64,000 bases of DNA, taken from positions 22,630,001 through 22,694,000 of the forward strand of contig OZ024752.1 of the NCBI GenBank assembly GCA_964016885.1, written 5' to 3'. A program made the position numbers and the translations under genes. The DNA is from Eledone cirrhosa. Lineage: Eukaryota. The notes under the pieces were generated by a model. It ran no database searches, was not told where the DNA came from, and saw only the letters and a list, made by a program, of their open reading frames with translations. This document shows positions 15,207 to 28,267 of the stretch, piece after piece. Each line of letters begins with the position of its first letter. The stretch's first letter is position 1.

Positions 15207-15223
15207 TTATATATATATATATT

Positions 15224-15307
<84 letters not shown>

Positions 15308-15349
15308 TTTATATATTTATATATATATATAAATATTTATATATTTATA

Positions 15350-15800
15350 TCATCATCATCATCATCATCAACGTTTAACGTCCGTGTTCCACGCTTGCAT
15401 GGGTTTGGACGGGGGTAGTCCCACTTGAGGCAAGAGTGATTGTCTTGCTCGCATAGGACTGTCTGGCAGGTTTTCTACAGTTGGATGCCCTTCCTAACAC
15501 CAACCACATTTACAGTGTGGGTCTGGGAGGTTTTTACCGTGTTGCCTACACGGCCACATTACAGCGTGGACTGTGTGTTTTTTTGTCGTGACACCTACAC
15601 GATCTCATTTGTTTCGGCCTGGATGGCGCGGCACCAACATAACTTTACATAGAACGGGGTGGTGTGGATGGGGTGGGGGTGGCGGCGGGAGGGGTGTATT
15701 TTGTTAGAGATGCCTACTGGCAAGGCGGGTCTTCTCTGTTACTGAGTACCGCCAAAGGTCACGGTCCAGTGACATTGTCTTGGAGAGGTGTAAGTGTGTG
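15350..15800 (-). mobile_element. RTE 3' fragment
   Basis: Matches 60912-61370, including the short variant cctactggcaaggcggg. Confidence 0.9.
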
Positions 15801-15809
15801 ATATATATA

Positions 15810-15844
<35 letters not shown>

Positions 15845-15849
15845 TTATA

Positions 15850-16170
15850 TAGATTTTGAGTTTATGCTGGTTGTATACCAACACCTCAGTATGCAGGCTG
15901 GAGCACTCGACGAAGTGCGCAGGTTGGTTTGGTTACTCAGGAGTAGTGTAAAATAAAGTTAAATAAAAGTCAAATGATTAAAATTTAGCTTCGTTTATTA
16001 CTGCTTTATATATTTCAGTGACAGCCATCTCTGGCTGTGAACTCTTCAGGCAATTTGAATTAGTATGGTATAGACAAGTACATATGTTGTTTAGGTGTAT
16101 GATATTGTCAACACTCTGATATGCCCAGTTCCTTGTTGGGTTGTTAATTCACTGGGGAACTGGAGTCATA
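15850..16170 (-). mobile_element. PLE pLTR fragment of another family with a degenerate hammerhead (16000-16054)
   Basis: Minus strand: attgc-CTGAAGA-..acagcca/tggctgt..-GAAA-tatata-aa-gcagt, followed by the ACTC...GAGT hairpin; flanked by (TA)n. Confidence 0.6.
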
Positions 16171-16186
16171 TATATTTATATATATA

Positions 16187-16225
<39 letters not shown>

Positions 16226-16296
16226 TTATATATATATATATTTATATATATATATATTTATATATATATATAAATATATATATAAATATATATATA

Positions 16297-16397
<101 letters not shown>

Positions 16398-16414
16398 ATA
16401 TATATTTATATTTA

Positions 16415-16508
<94 letters not shown>

Positions 16509-16532
16509 TATATATATATATTTATATATATA

Positions 16533-16588
<56 letters not shown>

Positions 16589-16598
16589 TATATTTATA

Positions 16599-16670
<72 letters not shown>

Positions 16671-16690
16671 TATATTTATATATATATATT

Positions 16691-16760
<70 letters not shown>

Positions 16761-16807
16761 CATATATATTTATATTTATATATATTTATATATATATATA
16801 TATTCAA

Positions 16808-17374
16808 ACAATGTCACTGGACCGAGACCTTTGGCGGTACTCAGTAATAGAGAAGACCCGCCTTACCTAAATACAAAGTAAAAACCTACTACAGTCAGTA
16901 GGCATCTCTATCAAAACACACCCCCGTCCCACCACCTCCACCCCACACACACCGCCTCTTTCAATGTAAAGTTATGTTGGTCCCACAACATCCAGGCCGA
17001 AACAAATGAGATCGTGTAGGTGTCACGACAAAAAACACACAGTCCACGCTGTAAATGTGGCCGTGTAGGCAACACGGTAAAAACCTCCCAGCCCCACACT
17101 GTAAATGTGGTTGGTGTTAGGAAGGGCATCCAGCTGTAGAAAACCCGCCAGACAGTCCACGCTGTAATGTGGCCGTGTAGGCAACACGGTAAAAACCTCC
17201 CAGCCCCACACTGTAAATGTGGTTGGTGTTAGGAAGGGCATCCAACTGTAGAAAACCCGCCAGACAGTCCTATGCGAGCAAGACAACCACTCTTGCCTCA
17301 AGTGGGAAAACCCCCGTCCAAACCCATGCAAGCGTGGAACACGGACGCTAAACCTGATGATGATGATGATGATG

Positions 17375-17375
<1 letters not shown>
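16808..17375 (+). mobile_element. RTE 3' fragment with internal duplication
   Basis: Inverted sister of 7678-8110. Confidence 0.9.
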
Positions 17376-17405
<30 letters not shown>

Positions 17406-17427
17406 TATATATATTTATATTTATATA

Positions 17428-17481
<54 letters not shown>

Positions 17482-17539
17482 TATATATATTTATATTTAT
17501 ATATATTTATATTTATATATATTTATATTTATATATATT

Positions 17540-17570
<31 letters not shown>

Positions 17571-17635
17571 ATATTTATATTTATATATATATTTATATTT
17601 ATATATATATATATTTATATTTATATATATATATA

Positions 17636-18620
17636 TGAATATAGACATAGAATATTCGAAAATATTCTGTATGTTTATAATAAACATTTTGAAGACCTAA
17701 TCGCTATAGAATAGAATACGTCACGTATTACAATTAGATTCTCGATAAAAGCAAGGGAAGTAATCTACGCGTTTCATTCTTGTTAGAAATCATCAGGACT
17801 ACATATCCAGTGCTTTTATCGAGAATGACACAGCTAGAGACTTATAGAATACTTAGCTGTGTACAGGAACTGGTTTGAAAGAGCGGTTGCCGGTCCGGCA
17901 GAAATTAGAAATTGGAATAAATGCTCTGAAATAGCGATATATATGTGAATATAGACATAGAATATTCGAAAATATTCTGTATGTTTATAATAAACATTTT
18001 GAAGACCTAATCGCTATAGAATAGAATACGTCACGTATTACAATTAGATTCTCGATAAAAGCAAGGGAAGTAATCTACGCGTTTCATTCTTGTTAGAAAT
18101 CATCAGGACTACATATCCAGTGCTTTTATCGAGAATGACACAGCTAGAGACTTATAGAATACTTAGCTGTGTACAGGAACTGGTTTGAAAGAGCGGTTGC
18201 CGGTCCGGCAGAAATTAGAAATTGGAATAAATGCTCTGAAATAGCGATATATATGTGAATATAGACATAGAATATTCGAAAATATTCTGTATGTTTATAA
18301 TAAACATTTTGAAGACCTAATCGCTATAGAATAGAATACGTCACGTATTACAATTAGATTCTCGATAAAAGCAAGGGAAGTAATCTACGCGTTTCATTCT
18401 TGTTAGAAATCATCAGGACTACATATCCAGTGCTTTTATCGAGAATGACACAGCTGTGGATGAATTTATATCCTGATTCTCTTTTGAGATGAGTTTGAGT
18501 TATTTTTCCTAAATCTTTCGTTAACTACTTTTCCCATCTTGACGTTATAGTCGCATATATGTTATATATGTTATAGAATGCCGTTAGCTTCTTGCTAAAA
18601 CAATCTCTATACCTCTCATT
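17636..18620 (-). repeat. 310-bp tandem array (~2.6 units plus unique 5' leader), one hammerhead per unit; retrozyme-like
   Basis: Unit starts at 17636, 17946 and 18256; hammerheads at 17760-17802, 18070-18112 and 18380-18422. Confidence 0.9.
17760..17802 (-). ncRNA. Minimal type I hammerhead (first of 3)
   Basis: gtagtc-CTGATGA-t-ttct/agaa-t-GAAA-cgcg-TA-gattac; stem I extended by a perfect 16-bp inverted repeat (17738-17753 / 17811-17826). Confidence 0.85.
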
Positions 18621-18624
18621 TATA

Positions 18625-18796
<172 letters not shown>

Positions 18797-18822
18797 TATA
18801 TATATATATATTTATATATATA

Positions 18823-21800
18823 TCATCATCATCATCATCATCATCACTGTTTTACGTCCGTTCTTCCACGCTAGCATGGGTTAGACGGGTTGTCCTGTTG
18901 TTGGCAGTGTCTGGTCGGCTGACCATGCCTTGCTCATACAGGAACTGATCTGGCTTGATTTCTACAGCTGGATACCCTTCCTAACACCAACCTCATTTAC
19001 AGTGAGTGCTGGGTACTTTTTCGTGGCGCCTATACGTCCACTTTACAGTGTGGGCTGGGTGCTTTTTTGCCGTGGCACCTCCACGACCACCTTGCGGTGG
19101 GGGGGGGGGGGGGGGGCATATTGTTTATATGCTTCAGCATGTACCCATGGGAGGTCGGGTACCCTGTATTACTGCGTGACGCCAGAAGTCACGGTCGTGT
19201 GTCATTGACTTTGAGAGGTGTAGTTGGGTAAGGTCGGCTTTTATCACCTCATCCCAAGTCATCTTGGGTCTCCCCACTCCGCGGTTTCCATCAACTTCTA
19301 GTGCTCTGCACCTTTTTATGCAGCTGTCATCCTTCATACGCATCACATGTCCATACCAGCGTAACCGCCTCTCCTGCACGCAGCATTTGATTCCTCTTAT
19401 GCTCAGTCTCTCTCTCAATTCCTTTATGCTTTGTCGTTCACGTATATTACTGTTACACATCCATCGGAGCATGCAGGCTTCGTTTCTCTCTAATCTACGT
19501 AAGTCTTCCACCTTCAGCGCCCAGGTCTCACTACCATGCAACATCGCTGTTCGGATACACGCATCATACAGTCTGCCTTTCATTCTGAGGGAGAAGCCTT
19601 TTGCAGCTAGCAGTGGTAGTAGTTCCCTAAACTTCTTCCATCCCGTTCTTACCCTAGTTATTGTACTTTCTGAGCACCCACCTCCGTTGCTAATTCGGTC
19701 ACCTAGGTAGCAGAAGCTGTCTACTGTTTCTACAGGGCCCTCCCAGAGATTGGTGGTACTTGTTTCCTGTGGCTGTTTGCTTGCTGTTTCAGCACAGCTG
19801 CTGCATGTGAATCCTACATTCTTAATTAAGCTTCCTGAGATCCCGCTACATCTCTTGTGTACCCATTGTTTGCATTTGGGGCAGAGAATGGAGTTCCTAC
19901 CTACACCTTTCCTACATACTGAGCAAGGCCATTTCCCTGAGGGGATCTGGGTTCTGTTTTCTCGTCTACTTATAAGGACCTTAGTCTTTGTCATGTTGAC
20001 TTTGAGGCCCTTTCTCTCTAGTCCCTGCTTCCAGGTTTGGAATTTATTCTCTAGTTCTACCATAGATTCAGCTATGAGTGCGAGGTCATCAGCATACAGG
20101 AGTTCCCATGGGCATCCGGTCTTAAACTCCTCCGTTATTGCCTGCAGGACTATGATGAACAGGAGAGGGCTAAGAACAGAGCCCTGGTGGACCCCAACCT
20201 GTACGCTAAATTCCTTGCTATACTCATTGCTAATCCTAACTTTGCTGACTGCTCCCCTATACATGGCTTGTACCGCTTTCACAAGCCATTCATCTACTCC
20301 TAGTTTTCTAAGAGCCCACCAGATTACTGCACGTGGAACTCTGTCAAAGGCTTTCTCAAGGTCGACAAATGCCAAGTAGAGTGGCTTACTTTTAGCTAGG
20401 TACTTTTCCTGTAATTGCCTCACAAGGAAGAGGGCATCAGTGGTGCCTTTCCCTGGTACAAACCCAAATTGCATCTCGTCTATATTCACCCGGTCCCTAA
20501 TCAGCTGTGCTATAACTCTTTCTGTTACTTTCATGACCTGGTCCATCAACTTTATACCTCTATAGTTTCCTCTATCTAGTGCATCGCCTTTACCTTTGTA
20601 GCAGTTGACAATGATGCTACTGCACCAATCTTTTGGTATGGCCCCCTCTAGTATTACCTGGTTAACGATACGTGTGGTTATAGTGTGACCTACAGACCCA
20701 GATGCCTTCAGCATCTCGGCAGCTATACCCAATGGACCGGTTGCCTTCCCTATCTTCATATCTCTGATTGCCTTACTTACTACGCTGCCGCTGACTTGTA
20801 CTGCTGGTCCCTCTATAGGGTCTACGTGGGGTAGGGTCTCTTCTTCCCATGCATTCTCCTCATTTAGTAATCTATCATAATGACTCTTCCATGCATCTTT
20901 CTTCTCAGCACTTGTGAGGGCAAGCTCACCTTTATCATTCCGGATACACTTCTCTCCAATGACATCACAACTATCTCTGACACTGCCTCGCAATCTTGAA
21001 TACCTCCTGTTTCTGGTCCTCACGTTGTAAAACATGCTTGAATTTTCTATCCTCTGCTTCCCTCCTAGCTAAGTATACTTGTCGCCTAGCTTCCCTCTTG
21101 GTCTCTATGTAATGTACCCTGCTCCCCCCGCTCTTCCATTCTTTCCATGCCTGTCTCTTGGCCTTGACTGCTTCATCTACCTTATTGTTCCACCACCAAG
21201 TCACTCTCCTCCTGCTTGAGGTCTTACTCCAGCCACAAACCTCATCCGTCGCCTCTAGTAAGTTATTTTTTAGGAACTCCCAGTTCTCTTCTACGTTAAA
21301 TGTCTCTATCTGTTCTTCTTTACTGTCGTAGGCGTTGAGTAAAATATCTTTAAATCTGTTACTGGTTGAGGGGACTTTCAGCTTCCAGATCTTTCTTCTC
21401 CAGGTTGGCCTCTGTTTCAGGGCTCGTCTAGTTCTGACCGTGAGGTCGCTGACAACTAAGCTATGTTGGGATGTACATTCCTCACTAGGGAAGGCTTTTG
21501 TGTTTACGACCGTCCATCTGTCACGTCCTCTGATGAGGATAAAATCTAACTGACTAGAGTGCTCCCCTGATCTATAGGTGATCAGGTGGTTGTCGGGTTT
21601 TTTAAAGTTTGTGTTACATATCGACATGTCATTGGCGTCGCAGAATTCTAGAAGTCTGAATCCTTCCTCATTCCTTGTGCCAACTCCATGGCCTCCATGT
21701 ACTCTATTGAAGCCGTCGCAGTGTTTACCTACGTGTCCGTTAAAATCTCCTGCAATGATTAGGAAGTCCTTGTCGTCTGTTAGAGCAGTAGTGCGTATTA

Positions 21801-23200
21801 GGGACTCGTAAAACCTATCCTTAAGTTCGTCTGGCAGCCCCGATTGGGGTGCGTAAGCTGATATTATTGTGGTAATTGTCTTATTCAGGACTAGTCTGAG
21901 TTTAATGATTCTTGCATTTACCCTGTACACTGAGATTACTTTATCTACCCACTTGTCAGCTAATAGTATACCTACACCACCCATCCCATCGTCATTTCCC
22001 ACCCAGAAAAATTTGTAGCACTGGCTTTTTCCTACAAGGACTCTAGCAGACCCTCCTCTCCATCTAGTCTCTTGCACACAGCATACATCAACTTCCTTTC
22101 GCTCTAGCATTTCTACGATTTCTCCTGCTCTTCCTTTCATTGAGCCTACATTGATGGTACCAACTCGGAGTTTTGGGCATTTGTCGACACTCGTAGGGGA
22201 GGGTCTCTGGGTTGGCGCTTCACGTGGGTGCTTGGTAGCTCGCAGATTCATATTTCATCTATTGATTCAGAGTTGCTCGTGTATTTCCAGCTCATCCATC
22301 CATAACGGTGGGAAAATTGAGGGCTAGAAGAACAGTGGTGGTGGGGTAATGGCAGGGTGTGTTGGGATGCGCCAGAGGAGGAGAGAGTTAGTTAGGCAGG
22401 TAGTAGCAGCAGCAGTGGAAATGGCATGCTAGGTTTGATTGGTCGAATAGACTATGGTGGTGTGTGGGGGTGGGGGGGAGGGAAATTGTGAGGTAGGAAC
22501 TGAGGGTCGCATGGTAAATAACTGAGAGAGATACAATAGAATTAGAATACCGCATGGTAAATATCCAAGTTAATACTACATCAGTAAAATTAACAATAAT
22601 AACGTCATGAAAAACTACTAAGAGAAACCCTCGAAAATTTATCGCTAATACAGCAGGGAAAATTTAACGCTAATACAGCAGGGAACATCATAATATTAAC
22701 AACAATATGTAGGCTAAAATACCTTCGTAGATTAGATGGATGGCTGGAAAAATTGGAATCAACTCTAGTGATACATTTTAGCAGAGAAGAATGGGAAAGT
22801 GTCTTATCTCTTCAATATTTTCAGATTGAATGAATTAGGTTAAAGACAGGGTAGTAAGCCTTAAAGAAGTGCATAGAGAGGGGGGGGGGGGGTAGGAACA
22901 GAGGGTCGCATGGTAAATAACTGAGAGAGATACAATAGAATTAGAATACCGCATGGTAAATATCCAAGTCAATACTACATCAGTAAAATTAACAATAATA
23001 ACGTCATGAAAAACTACTAAGAGAAACCCTCGAAAATTTATCGCTAATACAGCAGGGAAAATTTAACGCTAATACAGCAGGGAACATCATAATATTAACA
23101 ACAATATGTAGGCTAAAATACCTTCGTAGATTAGATGGATGGCTGGAAAAATTGGAATCAACTCTAGTGATACATTTTAGCATTTCGAACAGCTATTTAG
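18823..23200 (-). mobile_element. Near full-length RTE-clade LINE
   Basis: (GAT)n tail, 3'UTR, APE+RT ORF, and an upstream region with a 290-bp direct repeat (22492/22891). The 5' boundary is approximate. Confidence 0.93.
19134..22251 (-). pseudogene. RTE ORF: APE endonuclease, reverse transcriptase (LYADD) and PHD finger, split by one frameshift near 20980
   Basis: The 426-aa and 633-aa ORFs join if a GT dinucleotide is restored, giving RQCVRDSCDVIG versus RQCVKENRDIVG in the 61-63 kb copy. Confidence 0.93.
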
Positions 23201-23687
23201 AACACTGGTTTGAGAGCTTTACTTCCCTCAGAAGAAGAGATATTATCTCGAAAATTAAGGAGATTTAAATAAATCTAAGGTAAAAGACTAATTGTCAACA
23301 ATATCTTTTGCATTTGCATTCTTTATTCTATGTTCATACCTGCATTGTTTTGGCTTTATTATACATATACAAGCGTTTATACCTCATTACACAAGGCTTC
23401 AAGTGAACTATAACCTCCTCATTTATATATATATATATATATAAATCAGGAAAGAAGGTTGACATGGTTTGCTATACAAAAAAGGTTTTTAATCTCATGT
23501 CAACCTTATTTCCTGATTTATTATTACTCCAAGTGTTTACAACATAGGAATTACAGCATACCCGCAGCATCACTATGAAAACGCCTTGTTGAGTCAAACC
23601 AAGCCAAGCGTTGATATCATCCACTACCTGGAATACCATAACTGGACTATACCTAAGTGGACTGCATTTAACTATTATTTGTTACCC

Positions 23688-23718
<31 letters not shown>

Positions 23719-24410
23719 GTGAGGTTTTTTTTACAAAATGAAAAATAACCGAGGTATCCTACACGAGTGAAAGTATAAAGAAAAAGAGATGAAATCGAAA
23801 ATGCAACTGAAGTCTTATTTTAAAAAAAAATATATATATTTATTTGGTTCCTTTACCGATTTCGCAGTTCTTCTGCTTTTCAAAAGGTGAGTTGAGATGG
23901 AGGGTCTGTGGTTTTTCTCACATCTGGTTGGTCTCTGAATGTTACTTGTTTTATATGGAAAAAGTGGCTCGAAATTCGAGGTTTTTCGAGAAGTAATTTG
24001 ATTGGTTTGTCAATAATTATAATAAATTTCGCGCCAGTTCGCGTTACAATAGTTCTTCAAATAAGAGAGGGGGGGGGGGTGTCACAGGTTGTTTTTTCAT
24101 ATATGAGTGTTTGAATTTCTTTTTACTTGAAAAAAGGAGGCTCACGAAGGCTTTTTTTTGGTTGGTTATAAATGAAATTTGGCTGTCACATGAACAAGTT
24201 TTTATTACATTTTTGCGCCCTTATTTGGAAAACTATTCTGTAGTCTTTATAGTGAATGTTATGACAATGGAGAGATAGTGGTCAAGAGAAAAGGGATTGG
24301 GAGAAATGTTCTGGTTCAGTGAATATGGCCAGCTCGCCAGGGTGTCAGAGTTCAGATTTTCTATTGAGACTGAAGATATGTATGTTTATTTGTGTGCTTG
24401 TGTGTGTGTA

Positions 24411-24491
<81 letters not shown>

Positions 24492-24956
24492 TGGAAGATG
24501 ATTCTATTAGTAGAGATGGGGGAGGGAGTTGTGTGTGTGTGTATATGGGTGTTATGTGTGTGTGTGCGAGTATGTTAAGATGGAGAGAATATATATTTTG
24601 TGTGTGTGTATATATATATGTGTGTAGGAAAGTGGTTCTATTAGTAGAAATGGGGAGAGAGTTGTAGGTGTGGGGGTTATGTGTGTGTATGGGTGTTATG
24701 TGTGTGGGAGTATGGTTAGCATGTTAAGATGAAGAGAATATATATATATATATATATTGTGTGTGTGTGTAGGAAAGTGATTCCTTTAGTAGGAATATTT
24801 TTGAATGAACATATTTTCCTTACTTTTTCGTGTTTGTTGTTGTATTGCCAGTGCAAACGTATGTTAAGGTTTATTTAGTTCGGGTTTTTATTTTCTAAAG
24901 TAGAAGGTGTTATGTGTGTGTGTGTATGTCATATTGTAGTGTTGACATAATGTATA

Positions 24957-26477
24957 TTAAACCTTATTTAATGTTGGTCTATATTTTTGAATAAACATAT
25001 TTTCCTTATTTATTTGCATTTGTTCTGTTGTATTGTTAGCGCAAAGGTAAAATGGGAAGACTTGGAATTTGGGTGTCTTATTACTTGCGCAAATGTCTAG
25101 ATGTGCACTTAGTGGTATCTGTCTCGTGGTTGGATCTCGTAATTGTTGGCGATGAACTGTCATTCTGTTTCTGAGTGTGAGTTTAGTTTGTCCTATATAA
25201 TCTTCATTGCATCCTTTACATTTAATGGCATAAAGTAGATTTTTTGATGAGCAAGTGAAGTGATTTTTTACAGTAAAATTTTGTCCTGATTTAAATGTAT
25301 ATGTGTTGCCTTCAATGAGGTGAGTGCAGGTTCCACAATTAGAGCGACCACATTTTTTGATACTTGGTTGTGGGTTTGTGGTAGGTAATTTGGCATTGGT
25401 GAGTAATGTTTTCAGTGATTTTGGTTGTCTTTTGCTTTTGATTATTTTGTGTGTTTCAAGGGCTTTTTTCATTCTTGGGTTTTGTTTTAGTAGTGGGATG
25501 TTATTGTGAATAGTGTTGTAAGCTTCCGCATTTCTTGGGTTGTGTGTTGAGATATATGATAGAATATTGGACGTACCTTGAATTTGTTTCTGTTTCCGTA
25601 ATTCATCAATGCCTATTGCTTTAGCCCTTTCTATTCCATTATTTATTAGTAATAGTGGGTACTCTCTCTCAAGTAGAATTTCCTTTAATTCTTGAAGTCT
25701 TTTATTTCGCGTTTCATAATTGGAGACAATTGTGCAAATTCTTCTTGCTAGGTTAAAAGGAATGTTCGTCTTCGTGTGCTTTGGATGGTTGGAGGTGAAT
25801 AGCAGATATTGTTTGGAATCTGTTGGTTTGTAGTGTATGTCAGTTTCGATATTTGTGTCTTTTTTTGTGATTAAGATGTCCAGAAATGGGAGTTGATCTT
25901 GGCTGTATTCCATTGTGAATTGGATGTGGTTATTGATGCCGTTTATTAAGTTTTTGAAATCCTTCAGTTGGTCGAGTGTGTGGGACCAAAGAATGAGGCA
26001 ATCGTCCAAGTAGCGTTTCCAATTCTCTGATAAATATTTGTGGAAGTTCAATCCGTATTTTGATTTGGACTGTTCATATATCTGGACTTCTAAGTATGCC
26101 ATGACTAAGTTGGCATAAGTTGGAGCGGCTTTTGTGCCCATCGCAGTCCCCGATATTTGCTTGTAAGTATTGCCATCGAAATCAAAAAAGTTGTTCTGTA
26201 GGATGAATTTTAATCCCTCGGTGATGAAGCTTTTTTCTATTCTGTCAGGTACCTCATTGGGATATTTCTCTAGCCAGAATCCTATTGCTTCTAGTCCGTA
26301 TTGGTGTGGGATCGGTGTGTAGAGATTCACTACATCGAAAGACACAATAATAGTGTCGTTGTTGACATGTTTGGGGAGGTGGTTTAAGAGGTCCAGATCG
26401 TCTCTTACAAGGCTTGGTATGTGTTTCAGTAGTATGTCTATAAAGTTGCTCAATCTGTGTGTTTCACATTGTGACAT
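24957..26477 (-). CDS. PLE reverse transcriptase and GIY-YIG endonuclease (5'-truncated)
   Basis: SFDVVNLY, GTAMGT, RYLDD, LPFLDI; linker CGRSNCGTC; NLLYAIKC..DYIGQT..RMTVH. Confidence 0.92.
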   Translation of the reverse strand: MSQCETHRLSNFIDILLKHIPSLVRDDLDLLNHLPKHVNNDTIIVSFDVVNLYTPIPHQYGLEAIGFWLEKYPNEVPDRIEKSFITEGLKFILQNNFFDFDGNTYKQISGTAMGTKAAPTYANLVMAYLEVQIYEQSKSKYGLNFHKYLSENWKRYLDDCLILWSHTLDQLKDFKNLINGINNHIQFTMEYSQDQLPFLDILITKKDTNIETDIHYKPTDSKQYLLFTSNHPKHTKTNIPFNLARRICTIVSNYETRNKRLQELKEILLEREYPLLLINNGIERAKAIGIDELRKQKQIQGTSNILSYISTHNPRNAEAYNTIHNNIPLLKQNPRMKKALETHKIIKSKRQPKSLKTLLTNAKLPTTNPQPSIKKCGRSNCGTCTHLIEGNTYTFKSGQNFTVKNHFTCSSKNLLYAIKCKGCNEDYIGQTKLTLRNRMTVHRQQLRDPTTRQIPLSAHLDICASNKTPKFQVFPFYLCANNTTEQMQINKENMFIQKYRPTLNKV

Positions 26478-27497
26478 TGTGGGCCCGCTACAATTGGTCT
26501 TAATTTAAGGTCTGTGGGGTATTGTGTGTTCACGCAAAACACACAAAATAATCAAAAGCAAAAGACAACCAAAATCACTGAAAACATTACTCACCAATGC
26601 CAAATTACCTACCACAAACCCACAACCAAGTATCAAAAAATGTGGTCGCTCTAATTGTGGAACCTGCACTCACCTCATTGAAGGCAACACGTATACATTT
26701 AAATCAGGACAAAATTTTACTGTAAAAAATCACTTCACTTGCTCATCAAAAAATCTAATTTATGCCATTAAATGTAAAGGATGCAATGAAGATTATATAG
26801 GACAAACTAAACTCACACTCAGAAACAGAATGACAGTTCATCGCCAACAATTACGAGATCCAACCACGAGACAGATACCACTAAGTGCACATCTAGACAT
26901 TTGCGCAAGTAATAAGACACCCAAATTCCAAGTCTTCCCATTTTACCTTTGCGCTAACAATACAACAGAACAAATGCAAATAAATAAGGAAAATATGTTT
27001 ATTCAAAAATATAGACCAACATTAAATAAGGTTTAATATACATTATGTCAACACCACAATATGACATACACACACACACACATAACACCTTCTACTTTAG
27101 AAAATAAAAACCCGAACTAAATAAACCTTAACATACGTTTGCACTGGCAATACAACAACAAACACGAAAAAGTAAGGAAAATATGTTCATTCAAAAATAT
27201 TCCTACTAAAGGAATCACTTTCCTACACACACACACAATATATATATATATATATATTCTCTTCATCTTAACATGCTAACCATACTCCCACACACATAAC
27301 ACCCATACACACACATAACCCCCACACCTACAACTCTCTCCCCATTTCTACTAATAGAACCACTTTCCTACACACATATATATATACACACACACAAAAT
27401 ATATATTCTCTCCATCTTAACATACTCGCACACACACACATAACACCCATATACACACAACTCCCTCCCCCATCTCTACTAATAGAATCATCTTCCA

Positions 27498-27544
<47 letters not shown>

Positions 27545-28070
27545 TACACACACACAAGCACACAAATAAACATAAATATCTTCAGTCTCAATAGAAAATC
27601 TGAACTCTGACACCCTGGCGAGCTGGCCATATTCACTGAACCAGAACATTTCTCCCAATCCCTTTTCTCTTGACCACTATCTCTCCATTGTCATAACATT
27701 CACTATAAAGACTACAGAATAGTTTTCCAAATAAGGGCGCAAAAATGTAATTAAAACTTGTTCACGTGACAGCCAAATTTCATTTATAACCAACCAAAAA
27801 AAAGCCTTCGTGAGCCTCCTTTTTTCAAGTAAAAAGAAATTCAAACACTCATATATGAAAAAAAAAACCTGTGACCCCCCCCCCCCCCCTCTCTTATTTG
27901 AAGAACTATTGTAACGCGAACTGGCGCGAAATTTATTATAATTATTGACAAACCAATCAAATTACTTCTCGAAAAACCTCGAATTTCGAGCCACTTTTTC
28001 CATATAAAACAAGTAACATTCAGAGACCAACCAGATGTGAGAAAAACCACAGACCCTCCATCTCAGCTCA

Positions 28071-28108
28071 CCTTTTGAAAAGCAGAAGAACTGCGAAACC
28101 GGTAAAGG
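28071..28108 (+). ncRNA. Variant-core minimal hammerhead in pLTR (UUGAAAA core)
   Basis: cctt-TTGAAAA-gcag/ctgc-GAAA-ccgg-TA-aagg; copies at 7175-7212 (+) and 23850-23887 (-). Confidence 0.6.
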
Positions 28109-28183
28109 AACCAAATAAATATATATATTTTTTTTAAAAATAAGACTTCAGTTGCATTTTCGATTTCATCTCTTTTTCTTTAT

Positions 28184-28263
<80 letters not shown>

Positions 28264-28267
<4 letters not shown>

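Larger units (their letters stand above)
23775..28185. mobile_element. Neptune-like PLE as a head-to-head inverted pair (minus arm 23775-26533, plus arm 26537-28185)
   Basis: 26537-28185 is the reverse complement of ~23775-25457 with a few substitutions and different microsatellite lengths. Confidence 0.93.

Noticed and set aside
19264-20379. Long plus-strand ORFs opposite the RTE ORFs (also 61352-62293)
   Set aside because: Antisense shadows of the RT frame, with no independent motifs.
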